Below, in pieces: positions 18,852 to 30,182 of a DNA stretch of 64,000 nt. The notes beneath the pieces were generated by a model, which searched no databases, was not told where the DNA came from, and worked only from the letters and a program-made list of their open reading frames with translations. This DNA is from Paramoeba atlantica (Eukaryota > Protista > Discosea): contig CDRNVI010000013.1 of the NCBI GenBank assembly GCA_977017575.1, positions 1 to 64,000 of the forward strand, in the 5' to 3' direction. Every line of letters starts with the position of its first letter. Within the stretch, counting starts at the first letter, position 1. Both the position numbers and the translations under genes were made by a program.

Positions 18852-19038
18852 TTAATAAAAAACGTTGTCTTAATAAAAAACGTTGTCTTAATAAAAAACG
18901 TTGTCTTAATAAAAAACGTTGTCTTAATAAAAAACGTTGTCTTAATAAAAAACGTTGTCTTAATAAAAAACGTTGTCTTAATAAAAAACGTTGTCTTAAT
19001 AAAAAACGTTGTCTTAATAAAAAACGTTGTCTTAATAA
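18852..19038 (+). repeat. 18-bp satellite array, about 10 units
   Basis: Perfect units lying between the 3' ends of the family 3 and family 2 elements. Confidence 0.98.
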
Positions 19039-19503
19039 GAAATCAGCGTCTTCTTTCTCACACATAATGAACAAGAATAAATAAAATGAAACCAATTCCT
19101 AAATCATGTAATATCTTTCTTCATAAAGCAATTCAAAGAATTCAACTGGTTTAGTATCCTCACCACCTATCCATGAAAAGAAATTAAGGTACCTGGCCAT
19201 TTCAATCAAACTTACAGTATTTGAAACAAATCCACAACAAACTCCTTTACTTACGAACGGGCATCCCGTCCGCCAACTCCGCGAAGTGGTTGGGGGTTGG
19301 TGGGCGGGCGCAATAAAAAGGTTAGAGAAGGAGTGTCACTATACCAAACTAAATAAATGAAATCTCTAAACAAAACAAACAAATCATATCTCATAATATA
19401 AATATTATGTGCCCCCAAGGGCCATTATATCAATCATCCTAAATTTCTAAACGTACACTTATATAAACAAAACAAACAAATCATATCTCATAATATATAT
19501 ATT

Positions 19504-19940
19504 GATGATGATGATGTATTGGGCCTTTTGACTCCGAAAAGTTATGGCCCCTCAACTCCCCAAACGGGCAGTCCGAATACGTCTTGCGACGTATCCGGAG
19601 AGCCAGCCATAGCAAGCTACGGCTGACCTCCGCTTGGAGAGGAGTTAGGTTACAGCTAGGGAGGTGGGGTGCGCTATACCCCTGCGCCTTAGGTAATGCA
19701 AATAAGGCGCCCCTTGACCAAAAAAACCACTCTATCTTTTGAGGGTGGATAAAAAAAACACAAACACATTCCAAAGATTAGCCCGAATGGCACCCACCCT
19801 AGTTTCTTAGTACCTTGTTATATTCGGTACCGGGCGGTGCCACCCATTCTACGTTGCCAGAATGACATCCACCCTAATTATTTAGTGCCTCGTTTTACTG
19901 GCACCGGGTAGTGTCATCCATATTGTATTCATCGTATTTA
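19504..19940 (-). mobile_element. 437-bp SINE-like short retroposon with (ATC)n tail and 14-bp TSD
   Basis: TSD ATAATATATATATT at 19490-19503 and 19941-19954. The insert is absent from A1 (24566-24817) and from copy 2. GATGATGATGAT at the left end; non-coding. Confidence 0.85.
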
Positions 19941-22006
19941 ATAATATATATATTATGTGCCCCGAAGGGCCATTATATCAATCATCCTAAATTTCTAAAC
20001 GTATACTTATAGAAATCAGCGTCTTCTTTCTCACACATAATGAACAAGAATAAATAAAATGAAACCAATTCCTAAATCATGTAATATCTTTCTTCATAAA
20101 GCAATTCAAAGAATTCAACTGCTTTAGTATCCTCACCACCTATCCATGAAAAGAAATTAAGGTACCTGGCCATTTCAATCAAACTTACAGTATTTGAAAC
20201 AAATCCACAACAAACTCCTTTACTTACGAACGGGCATCCCGTCCGCCAACTCCGCGAACCAGCCCGCTCGCACGTAATACTACCACCCGAGCGCATGTGT
20301 TTTCAGCAAATGGTGGCGGCCACCTACTGAAACACCTAAATATATAGCCTACATATATAGTATATTATTTTTTTTTTTTTGAGTACTACATTATTTCTGA
20401 TTTGAATACTTTCATAACCGGCTAATCGGGTCCGCGGGGTTATCGGCAGATTTTATGTAGCGAGCCATAATGCATACGCCAAGATTCTGATTCTTTTTGA
20501 GTATATGTTTGAGCTCCCCCGCAATGCTATCTGATTTTGCAACTTTACGATTAAGGGCAGCTTTGCACGACGTATTATCTATAAAGAGGTCCACACAAGT
20601 CCCCTTTTGAAAGTGGTGGCCCAGTTTTTCAAATGCCAGTCGAACTGCCATAGCCTCCGCATGATTAACTTCATATTTAAATTCCGGTTCCCACGAGTCC
20701 CCCACAATGATCACTTGACCATCGTCCCGGTACAGAACTGCCCCCCATCCTTTAGCGGACGCGTCCGTGTAAAGACTATGCCTATGAGGAACGACATCCG
20801 GGTGTGGTGGCGGTGCGATTGGTTCGTTCCGTAAAATGATATTCCTCCAGTCCGCCAGGATAGAACGAGTTGCTGTCGGAAGCGGAACAGGATACTCCGC
20901 CAGTTTGGGATTTCTATTGAGCTCATTGATCCGTCGTCGAACAATCTTTAAAGGAAAATGATACTCAGGAATGATATGTCCCAAGACCGCTGCCGCGTAG
21001 AGGAGGCGCCCCACCGCCGTCTCCAGTTGAGAAAACGTTATGTTACGATAGCGATCGCGCGACATTTTTTGTAAAACCCTAGGTCCCAGGCTGACCTTGT
21101 GGGTTTCATGATTGTACAGGACTCCATTGAACACATATTCCTTGGAAGGGTCGGATCCGGTCTCCTTAAATAAGCCACCGACTTGAGCACACCGTCCGTC
21201 AACAAAGTTAACAAATTTGATGCATTCTTCACGGGTTCCGGCAAATCGAATACCGTCTATGTAAATATCCACGAAGCCAATACAGGAGCCCAGTGTGGGC
21301 TTGCATACAGCGGAGTCGCACGCGATAGCTGCTGTCAGTTTGTGCATAATTTCCGGGGCGCATCGGTGCCCCATGGGCATAACTTTCATCTGGTGCAAGA
21401 CTCCATCTTGGTCACGAAAACGAAATTTGGCACGTGCCGCGCGCGGAACTCCGATTTGGTAGAACCCGCAACGTAAGTCGCGCTTAACGCCTGCTTCTTC
21501 CTCAGCCTTATGCAGATACCAAGAAGGGTGCAATAAAGGAACGTCGGGCTTATAGTCCTTTAATCTGATATTGTCGTCCTTGGTCCAGGATATGAATCGG
21601 CGCCGGGCGTTCCCCTCCTCATCGGATTCAACTACGGTAAAAGGAATAACGTATTGTAAAGTCGGATGCTGATGGAGTTCTTTCTGTTCGACTGTTTCAA
21701 TCACTCCAGCGTCAAGCAAACCAACGACATCAGCTTCCGAAAGATTACCTTTGATTGCTGGTTCGGTCTGCGCTGCAAGTCGCGTGTCAAATAAGTGTCT
21801 CATCACGGTTTCCAGGCGGTGAAGCGCACCAGGGGACATCCAAGTCTTCACTTTCTGCACGTCCATTACGGGTATTCCAGCCTTAACGTGTAGGGGGAGG
21901 TTCATGTCTTCGGGACGTGCAAGACGGGAAGTGCGCCGCGCGCAAATAACACTGTATCGCCTAACGTGCGGTATTTGATCGAAACAAAGGTTGACATCCT
22001 CTTGAG

Positions 22007-23520
22007 TTATAGGGTTGGTAGGAGAACCGAAGCTCGCTGCGTACCGAGCGCCTTTGCCGTTGTTATCAGGTTCCCGTTGTATCGTAATAGGGAGTTGATG
22101 CATTGATGTTTGGCTATGTTTTGCACGTCTGAGAGAGCGACGCGTCCGAGCGCCACCTCGTTGAAGAGATACGTTATCGCGCCCCGCTTCAGGGAGTGTG
22201 TCCCGTAGCCGGGGCCCAGAATTTTCTTCATTTTCACGTCCATTTCCCGAACCGTTGTGCTTGTCACCTGCTGACCCTTCCTCATAAACCGGACGTATTC
22301 CGCAATCTCTAGAGTTCCTTCCCCTTGTATGGCTGTGCACATCGATAACCTGCTGGCCCTTCGGGGCACATAGTTTCTTCGAATTATGATTTGTATTCAG
22401 AATTTTACATGGGATGGGTATTTACTATTATCTTATATATCCTTGTTAGGTTGTTATTTTACTTCGCTTTAAGTTTTTGTGTGTGACGTGTGTGTGGGCA
22501 GGTTGGCCGAGGGTTCCGGTGGGGGGGAATCCCTTTAACAACGTGACACATTATTATTGGTTTTATGCAGGCTTTCTTTTGAACTATTTTTGTGCATGTG
22601 AATTCTATCTATATATCGTATTATGTGTTCTTTGATTTTGGGACGATTTGGAAGTGTGATTATATTAGTCATAGGTATTTACTTATATTTGTTTGTTACT
22701 TATAAGTTTCATGGAGCCCCCTCGGCGTGGATTTCGATTTGGTGTTCCGTCCCCAATAGACTATGACTTCGTTCGGTTGATTTCGCACGAATCTTTCGAG
22801 GGTTAGTTCTGCGACTTCTGTCCATCTGGCTGCGGCCTTCCAACAGATCAACGCGGCGATCCCTTCGCTTAACGATAATTTTGTCCTTAGCCGGCGTAGT
22901 TGCCACGGAGTGATTGGCTCCATCTGACGCGTTGGTTCGAGAGCGCCTCTTGCCTGTAGAGCTTTTGCAAACATTTCGAGAGGGGTAGGATCGGTTTGAC
23001 TCAGCTGAAATACGGTTTGAAGATTGCGAGTGTAGCTCAACAGTGTCGCGGGTGCCAGATCCATTTGCTGAAGGAACAAAACGGCGTGTATTGGATCTGG
23101 TGGTACCCCTCTTTCCCGACAAAAAAGTTCGAGCCTTCCCCACAGTCGTGCCCTTGAGAGCCAAGTAGCATTCGTCCACATGGGATTTATCGCGGTTCTC
23201 ATTTGGTGTGCTAGCGGGCTCGTACTTGGTAGATTCAAAATTGTGCATGTTAGCTTGTCCTGGGCAGACTGCACGTCCAGTTTCCTGATTTTGTTTCCGG
23301 CGGGATATACTGCTAGAGATCGTTTGGCCTGACCCGCCCTTGAGTACGTCCTTACTTCCGCCACCCGATGCTGTGGCTTCTGCAGTCCCGTTCCGTGACA
23401 TGCCACAAAGGCATGCACCTTCCCTGCAGAGTGCAAATATGAGCTGAATGATAGACCTGGACAAATCACCCGCCGCTTTTTCAGCGGACAGGCACGAGCG
23501 ATGTAAGGGGTGGGGAGCAC
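22007..23520 (-). pseudogene. Family 2 copy 1 tyrosine recombinase, split by the mini-element
   Basis: ORF halves 22696-23520 and 22007-22369 match the intact 382-aa YR at 58070-59218. Confidence 0.9.
22349..22735 (+). mobile_element. 387-bp non-autonomous derivative of YR family 1 (part of A + 22 nt of 3'UTR + B), SIRE-like
   Basis: Reverse-complement match to 8390-8524 and 8569-8823. It ends GTGGATTTC and replaces 22 bp that are present at 58412-58433 in the uninterrupted copy. Confidence 0.9.
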
Positions 23521-23523
23521 TAC

Positions 23524-24564
23524 CTAGTGACTCCTCTTTGCACTCGAAGTGCCGCTCGTCACCCCTCCGCGAAAACCCGGGGTCAAGCGAGTAGACGATT
23601 GATTTAACGGGCAGTTCGCTCGGAAATGACCTGGTTTGTGGCAGCGATAGCAGAGAAAGGCCGGGCGATTCGTCGATTGTTTAGATACCGTCATGTTCCG
23701 TAGCTTTTCTTCTGCAACTGCCTTGGAGTACGCGTCCTTCGTTTCGTCATCTTTGTGCAGTTTTAACTGAACGCGCTCTACCTGAATTCCAGATGAGGCC
23801 CAATAATTATTCCGAAGTTCTTCAATTGCCGTACGTACGATTTCCATGAAATGTTCTTCGCGCCAGAAAGGATAGATTCGGGCTGCCTGGATCCACTCCT
23901 GTACTATTTTAAACAGCCGTTCACGAATTGGAGGTGCATTCAGCAAGAGGCCAAACTCGGGATGGGCCCGCAAATCACGTATGAGATCCCGGACGCGGAG
24001 CTCATCCTCCGACTCCAGCCATGGTCCCCACGTGAGGGGGTCGTTCGCGGTGAATCGGGCCGGGTCAGTAATGGGTGCATTAGGAGTCTTAGGTTCCTCG
24101 TCCGCCTTTCGGCCACCAGGCATCTTAGCACGTACTCGAACAATTTCTAAGGAGTAGTACTCGATGTCCGGAAAAGGGAAGTCGTACGCCATTCCGGGAT
24201 CGTCAGTCCACACAGCTTCCATGGTACCTGACCCGTCCGATTTCAAGCGTACATTCCCAGTGACAGTATCGCGCACTGCATCGCCTTGATGGCCCCAAAC
24301 CGCCTCTACCGACACGTCGTAACCTTTCGCAATCAAAGTCTGAACCTTCTGTGCGAATTCCGCCTTAGCTTCCCCCGACATTGCCGCCGAACCTGTTCCC
24401 CCCCGAAGCAAAGCCGCCACTTGCTCCGGGTTAAGCGTGGTACGTTGCTCCCCATACTGCAAACTTGGGTCAACCGGATTAGGGGAAGAAGGATCTTCTC
24501 GAACAGGACTCTGTTGCCTCCCCATTGACAACGTACGGCGAACAGTATTCAAAATGCCGGACAT
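23524..24564 (-). CDS. Family 2 gag-like protein with CCHC knuckle
   Basis: ATG lies 1 nt after A1 (MSGILNTV...). Knuckle CYRCHKPGHFRANC; homologous to the family 1 gag. Confidence 0.88.
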   Translation of the reverse strand: MSGILNTVRRTLSMGRQQSPVREDPSSPNPVDPSLQYGEQRTTLNPEQVAALLRGGTGSAAMSGEAKAEFAQKVQTLIAKGYDVSVEAVWGHQGDAVRDTVTGNVRLKSDGSGTMEAVWTDDPGMAYDFPFPDIEYYSLEIVRVRAKMPGGRKADEEPKTPNAPITDPARFTANDPLTWGPWLESEDELRVRDLIRDLRAHPEFGLLLNAPPIRERLFKIVQEWIQAARIYPFWREEHFMEIVRTAIEELRNNYWASSGIQVERVQLKLHKDDETKDAYSKAVAEEKLRNMTVSKQSTNRPAFLCYRCHKPGHFRANCPLNQSSTRLTPGFRGGVTSGTSSAKRSH

Positions 24565-24817
24565 TCGCAATAAAAAGGTTAGAGAAGGAGTGTCACTATA
24601 CCAAACTAAATAAATGAAATCTCTAAACAAAACAAACAAATCATATCTCATAATATAAATATTATGTGCCCCCAAGGGCCATTATATCAATCATCCTAAA
24701 TTTCTAAACGTACACTTATATAAACAAAACAAACAAATCATATCTCATAATATATATATTATGTGCCCCGAAGGGCCATTATATCAATCATCCTAAATTT
24801 CTAAACGTATACTTATA

Positions 24818-25803
24818 TGATGCGTCCTCAATCTTCCCAGGCATTATTGGAATCTGGTTAACGACGTGAACTCTTGTGTAGGTGACACCATCCTTTGGGA
24901 AAGGAAAGTCCCCTTTTTCGTATTTAACAATCAAATTGGGATTTCCATCATCATCGTTACCCGCCTTTGGGTTGCCTCGCCATGTTATTGCGGTAAGTGG
25001 GCCGTTTTTCTCGAGGTACCAGGTTACTTCGATTTCAACCTCATTTTCTTCCAGTAGTGCTGTAATGCGTAAAACCTTCTCTTGCACTTCGTCCTCTGAA
25101 AGAGGTTGCGCGGACATCGCTGGGTTTCGGGTTATGTTTCTCACCGAAGTCTGAGAGGTGGGTACCGGAGTGGAACGGTCGTTCCCAGAAGCTAAAGGGC
25201 TGACGCGTAGGTTTTGAATAAGCGCCTCTAATGGTTTAGAGTAGAAGCGTTGGGGCTTAGCGCACCTCGCCACCCGAGCTGCAAACTTCCATTGAAGCGA
25301 TAAAATTACAAAACAAAATATATAAAGTCCATATTTCATCATCATAAAGAATGAAACAAAAAGATCGAGCTGAATATATGTTGGACCACATAAAACAGCA
25401 TAAAACAGCATGGATGACACTTGTCCCCTCGAAACCAGCAAAGCCTCAAAGTAAAAAAGAACAGTTCCCGGATCAATTATTGTATACGCGCCAATTGTTG
25501 TCAAACGTGATGAAGAATCAATGCAGAAGTAGCAGTATCTAATATATTCGAAAGGACCTAATATATTCGAAGGCAACTAATCAATCCTCTAATCGTTCAT
25601 CTGACTGTGTAGTACGGCGCTCCCAAAATGACTGCTGCTCCTGTTGGGCTTTCAGAAGTGTCTCAAGTTGTCTTGATAGTCCACCAAATACTTCCAGCAT
25701 CTGGTTGGCAGATTGGACTCGCGGATCAACAGCACCATTTTGTGCGCTTGCCGCAGTTTGCGAACTCGTTTCTTCTTCTACTACACGGCTAAAGGGGTTC
25801 GCG
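24818..25803 (-). pseudogene. Inverted fragment of family 3 gag (matches 14275-14899) carrying a 353-bp insertion
   Basis: Near-identical reverse complement of 14275-14899. Confidence 0.93.
25233..25585. mobile_element. 353-bp non-coding insertion with 8-bp TSD
   Basis: CCTCTAAT at 25225-25232 and 25586-25593; the empty site is at about 14495-14502. An internal 131 bp recurs at 53590-53720. Confidence 0.82.
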
Positions 25804-25849
25804 GGTCAAGGGGCGCCTTATTTGCATTACCTAAGGTGCAGGGGTAGCT

Positions 25850-27233
25850 TTCCAAACGGCTTCAAGAAACAATTAGTAGTCATATAGTAGTTAACCGACG
25901 CTTTGCGTCAGCTGTGCGCCGCCACCGAGTCGTCAAGGCACCGGTCCACACACGACATAGCGCTGTTGACGCGAACATTAAGATAAAATGGAAAACAGTA
26001 AAACGATCAACTAAAACCCGTGTTCCATGGTTTCTCTTACGCAATACGGATTTTCGAAAACTGTTCACGGATATTGCTTCACAAACATTCCTGAAATTTA
26101 CTGATGGCTTAGAAAGGAAAGCGGAAAATATAGAGCAAATCGAAGATCTTTGGAAAACCATCAAATCGACGATTACTACAGCACAACAATGCCTTGTGGC
26201 GAATCCGAAAGGCAAAGACTTTCTCTCTTTCGACACACCACTTAACGAGGAGGAACCGCTTAATTTACAGTCATTGTATCATATTGCACGAAATAAGAGA
26301 GCCTTTAAGGAGATTTTGGATTCGCATGAGAGCAAAGTACTGGATATGGTACACCAGGAATGCGTTAGTTTGGAGAAAAACTTTAAGAAGAAACCACGAG
26401 GAGCCTGGAGAATGATAAGGGATGTTATTGGTGACGAAAGGAGAAATTTGCACGTTGAAGGAAACTCAACAGCTGAAAGGTTACGCAGCGTACAAAAACA
26501 TTTTCAGACCACATACAACAGAACAGAAGAAGACGTGGAATTTCAGGAGGTTGAAGGAGCTCAAATTTCAGACCTTTTATTTTCCAAGGAGGAGCTTACC
26601 ATAGCTGAGGGCCAACTGGCAAAAGGAAAGGCTTCTGGATCAGACGGAATGCCAATTGAAGCGTATTGTGCTCTGGCTGAAAACGATGAATTCTGCAATT
26701 GCCTGCTTGCTCTTATAAATGGAGTTTTTCGCACGGGACATATGCCTATTATTTGGAAAGAAATTGTACATATCCCTATCCCCAAGAAGGGCGATCTTTC
26801 AGAGCTAAAGAACTGGAGGGCAATATGTTTGATAAATCATGTAGTCAAGCTTATGAATCGGATGATACTGAATCGACTGCAACCAGAGATTGAACCCCGC
26901 TTACGCAATACTCAATTCGGGTTCAGACCATTACGATCAGCTGTAGGAGCACAAGCGATACTTACCGAGATACTACATAAAGCATTGCGCGGACCCCAAA
27001 ATGTGTACATTGGCTATATAGACTACAAGAGTGCATTCCCGTCAGTATCGCATCGAGCTATTGAGGCTGCACTGAAAGCCTTTTCAGTCCCGCCTGGGCT
27101 AAGTAAGCTCATAATGGCTTCTTACGCGTCACCCACAGGATTTGTTAGAACCCCGTTTGGAAATACGGAAAATTTTGAGATAACATCAGGGGTACTTCAA
27201 GGTGACGTGTTGGCCCCGTTCCTTTTCATTATG
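25850..27233 (+). pseudogene. ingi/RTE-like non-LTR fragment, second subfamily (end of APE + RT N-terminal half)
   Basis: FPNGFKKQL/HIVVNRRF (frameshifted), PKKGDL..NWRAICL, QFGFRP, YIDYKSAF, GVLQGDVLAPFLFIM. It is cut by the 3' end of a YR family 1 element. Confidence 0.88.
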
Positions 27234-30182
27234 GAAATCCACGCCGAGGGGCTCCCTGGAAACATATACACTGATAACATATATGAATAAATGAACAACT
27301 ATGAATAGCTCAATCGTAATTCAAAATGACACAACATATCATTCATTCATTTCACACGCACAAAGATGGAAAAGAAACAAGCCTGCATAAAACAACACAA
27401 TCAATGTCACTCTGTTAACGGGGTTCCCCCCCACCGGAACCCTCGGCCAAATGGCTGGGGGCTCGGTGGGTGGGCACAAAACTTTAAACGTAACAAAATA
27501 ACAACCTAACAAGAATATAACAAACGAGTAAACACCCCCCTCCATGCAATTAGAGAATACTACATCATAATTTGAGAAAATTATGTGCCCCGAAGGGCCA
27601 GCAGGCAAATATATAGCCGCCCCTCGGCTAAATTTCAAAACGTGAACTATTAGAAATCCACGCCGAGGGGCTCCCTGGAAACATATACACTGATAACATA
27701 TATGAATAAATGAACAACTATGAATAGCTCAATCGTAATTCAAAATGACACAACATATCATTCATTCATTTCACACGCACAAAGATGGAAAAGAAACAAG
27801 CCTGCATAAAACAACACAATCAATGTCACTCTGTTAACGGGGTTCCCCCCCACCGGAACCCTCGGCCAACCTGCCCACACACACGTCACAATAAACGCAA
27901 AATGCCCAATCACGTAGTCAAATATTAATAGATAGAAAATATCAAAATATGCAGAGCTCACAAAAGGATAACGATAGCAATAGATGACCAGTCCATTACC
28001 ACGCCCTTTACAAGCTCACACGAGCTACACAGGTTACGCTTTCAACCTCTGCCCATATACCAACTTGGGACCTAGAAGTGTGGAGCAACTAGGCGTGGTG
28101 TACGGCCGTGTCAACAATGACGCGGTTAAAAACATTAAGGCGCTAATCGCAGAGTAAAGAAAACTTTACTCACCTTTATCTCACATTGGGAACCTTGTTT
28201 TTTCGAAAACCAAGGCGTGAGGATAAAGTTTGTCAACCGATTAACATCCATAACCTTCCAAAATTATAGGGACAACCTCCAAACCCCAGGACCCCGTCCG
28301 CTCTCTTTTTTTCTTGTCTTTTTTTTTTTTTTTTTGTATTTGGTGATCCTGTCCCCTAGGGTTTTCCTTCAATATGACTGTCTAGCTTACCAATATGATG
28401 ATGCTGATTATCGCTGTATTTGTCGATGTTGCCTTTATATTTCTCAACCTTCTCTCTCTCAATCTCCTTCCCGCGACTGACAGCATCCGCCGGGTTCTCA
28501 TCCGTGGATATGTACGCTGCCTTGACACAAATACCTTTGTCCTCTGTCAGTCGCAGGACTTCGCGCAATTCCATTGAAACCCCCTCTGACTTGGAGATCC
28601 TCCTGTTCAGTGCAGCCTGACAGGAGGTGTTGTCAACAAAAACATCCAAGCAGGTTCCACGGGGGCAATGCGCGGAAAACTTCTCGAGGGCTAAGCGGAC
28701 TGCTGCAGCTTCCGCACGGTTCACCTCATACGAGGATGACTCAGGCCACGCCTCACCCGTAATCAAAACCTCTCCGCTGTCTAAATACATAATCGCTCCC
28801 CATCCTTTCACCGAGGCATCGGTGTAGAGACGATGCTTGTGTGGAACAACATCGGGATGGGGAGGTGGAGACCGTGGAACATTCTCCAGCAACTCGTTTC
28901 TCCATTCTGCTAGCATGGAGCGAGTGACGACAGGGAGTGCGACCGGACGGTCACATAACTTCGGGCAACGGTTCAACAAGTTGATACGCCGTTGCGCCAC
29001 CTTCAAAGCGAAATAAAATCGCGGCATATTGAGCCGGAGAACTGCGGAGCCATAAATGAGGCGCCCCACCACCGCCTCTAGGTCAACAAAGGAAATGTTG
29101 AAGAAAGAGTCGGCTCGCAGTTTCCTGATCACTCGCGGTCCCAGGCAGACCGTATGCGCGTTATGGTCGAACGCCACCCCATTGAACACGTACTGTGCTA
29201 CAGGGGGCTGACCCCGATCTTTGAAAAGACCGTTCGCTTTGTCGCAACGCTCGTCAATGAACTGAGCGTACGTGGTGGCCTCGGAGTGGGTTCCTGCAAA
29301 CCGAACTCCGTCAACATAAACGTCGATAGCGCCTCGGTGAAACGAGTAGCGCTGAGAACAAATCGACGCCTCGCCAGCAATCGCGGCGGTAACCGTGTGC
29401 ATAACCTCCGGTGCACACCTATGGCCCATCGGGAGGACGTTCATCTCAAACACGTCTCCACTGTTCGTTCTAAGGCGGAATTTGGGCCGCGCCCTCTTTG
29501 GGATACCAATCTGGTAAAATCCACACGTGAAGTCCCGCTTCACAGCCATCGGCTCGTGCGCCTTATGAAGATACTTGGAGGGATGATATAATGGGACCTT
29601 TGGTTCATATGATTTTAATCTATCGTTATCGTCCCTTGTCCATGAAATAAATCTTCTGCGCTGATTGCCCTCATCATCGGTCTCCACAACCGTGAAGGGA
29701 ATCATGAACTGCATCGATGGGCGCTTTCTCAACTCCTGCGCCGGGACCTTGGAGATTATGCCTGCGTCCTCCAACAATCGGACGTCCGCCTCAGGCAATG
29801 AACCTTTCACACTAGGTTCGGAGTACGGGGCTTTAGGTACCCATAATAATTCATCCACTACCTTGCGAAAACGAGTGGCAGCTGACATACTCATCCACTC
29901 CTTAACCTGATCCAAATGGATAACAGGTATCGACTTCTTAACGTGCAAAGGTAGGTGAGCGTCGTGTGCCTTGGCTAGCCGTGAAGAGCGGCGTGCACAA
30001 ACAACGGAGTGCCTGCGAAGGTAAGGCACTTCCTCGAAGCACTTTGCCACGTGCTCCGAGGTTACAGCACTGGGAGACGTGCTGAGACTCTCTGCGTCCC
30101 GAGAGCCCTTGCCGTTGTAATACTGCTTGCGTTGTAGCGCAACAGTGATTCGACGTTGAGGTGTTTCGTGAGGTTCTGGACG
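27234..30182 (-). mobile_element. YR family 1 copy 2 (3' half: pol and split repeats)
   Basis: B2 27234-27450, spacer 27451-27474, A2 to 27652, B1 27653-27869. RT/RNaseH ORF 28356-30050 and beyond is highly similar to copy 1. Truncated by satellite at 30183. Confidence 0.93.

Larger units (their letters stand above)
20412..23578 (-). pseudogene. Family 2 copy 1 pol (RT + RNase H), interrupted by the insertion at 22349-22735
   Basis: KRDLRCGFYQI, PMGHRCAP, YIDGIR, LYTDAS, NHAEA, IDNTS, NPADPISR. The N-terminal part is ORF 22709-23464. Confidence 0.88.
19039..24817 (-). mobile_element. VIPER/TATE-like YR retrotransposon, family 2 copy 1 (full span, with two nested insertions)
   Basis: A1 24566-24817, gag, YR, pol, B1 20012-20258, A2 19309-20011 (containing an insert), spacer 19286-19308, B2 19039-19285. 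Ends are 5'-TATAAGT...GCTGATTTC-3'. Confidence 0.94.
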
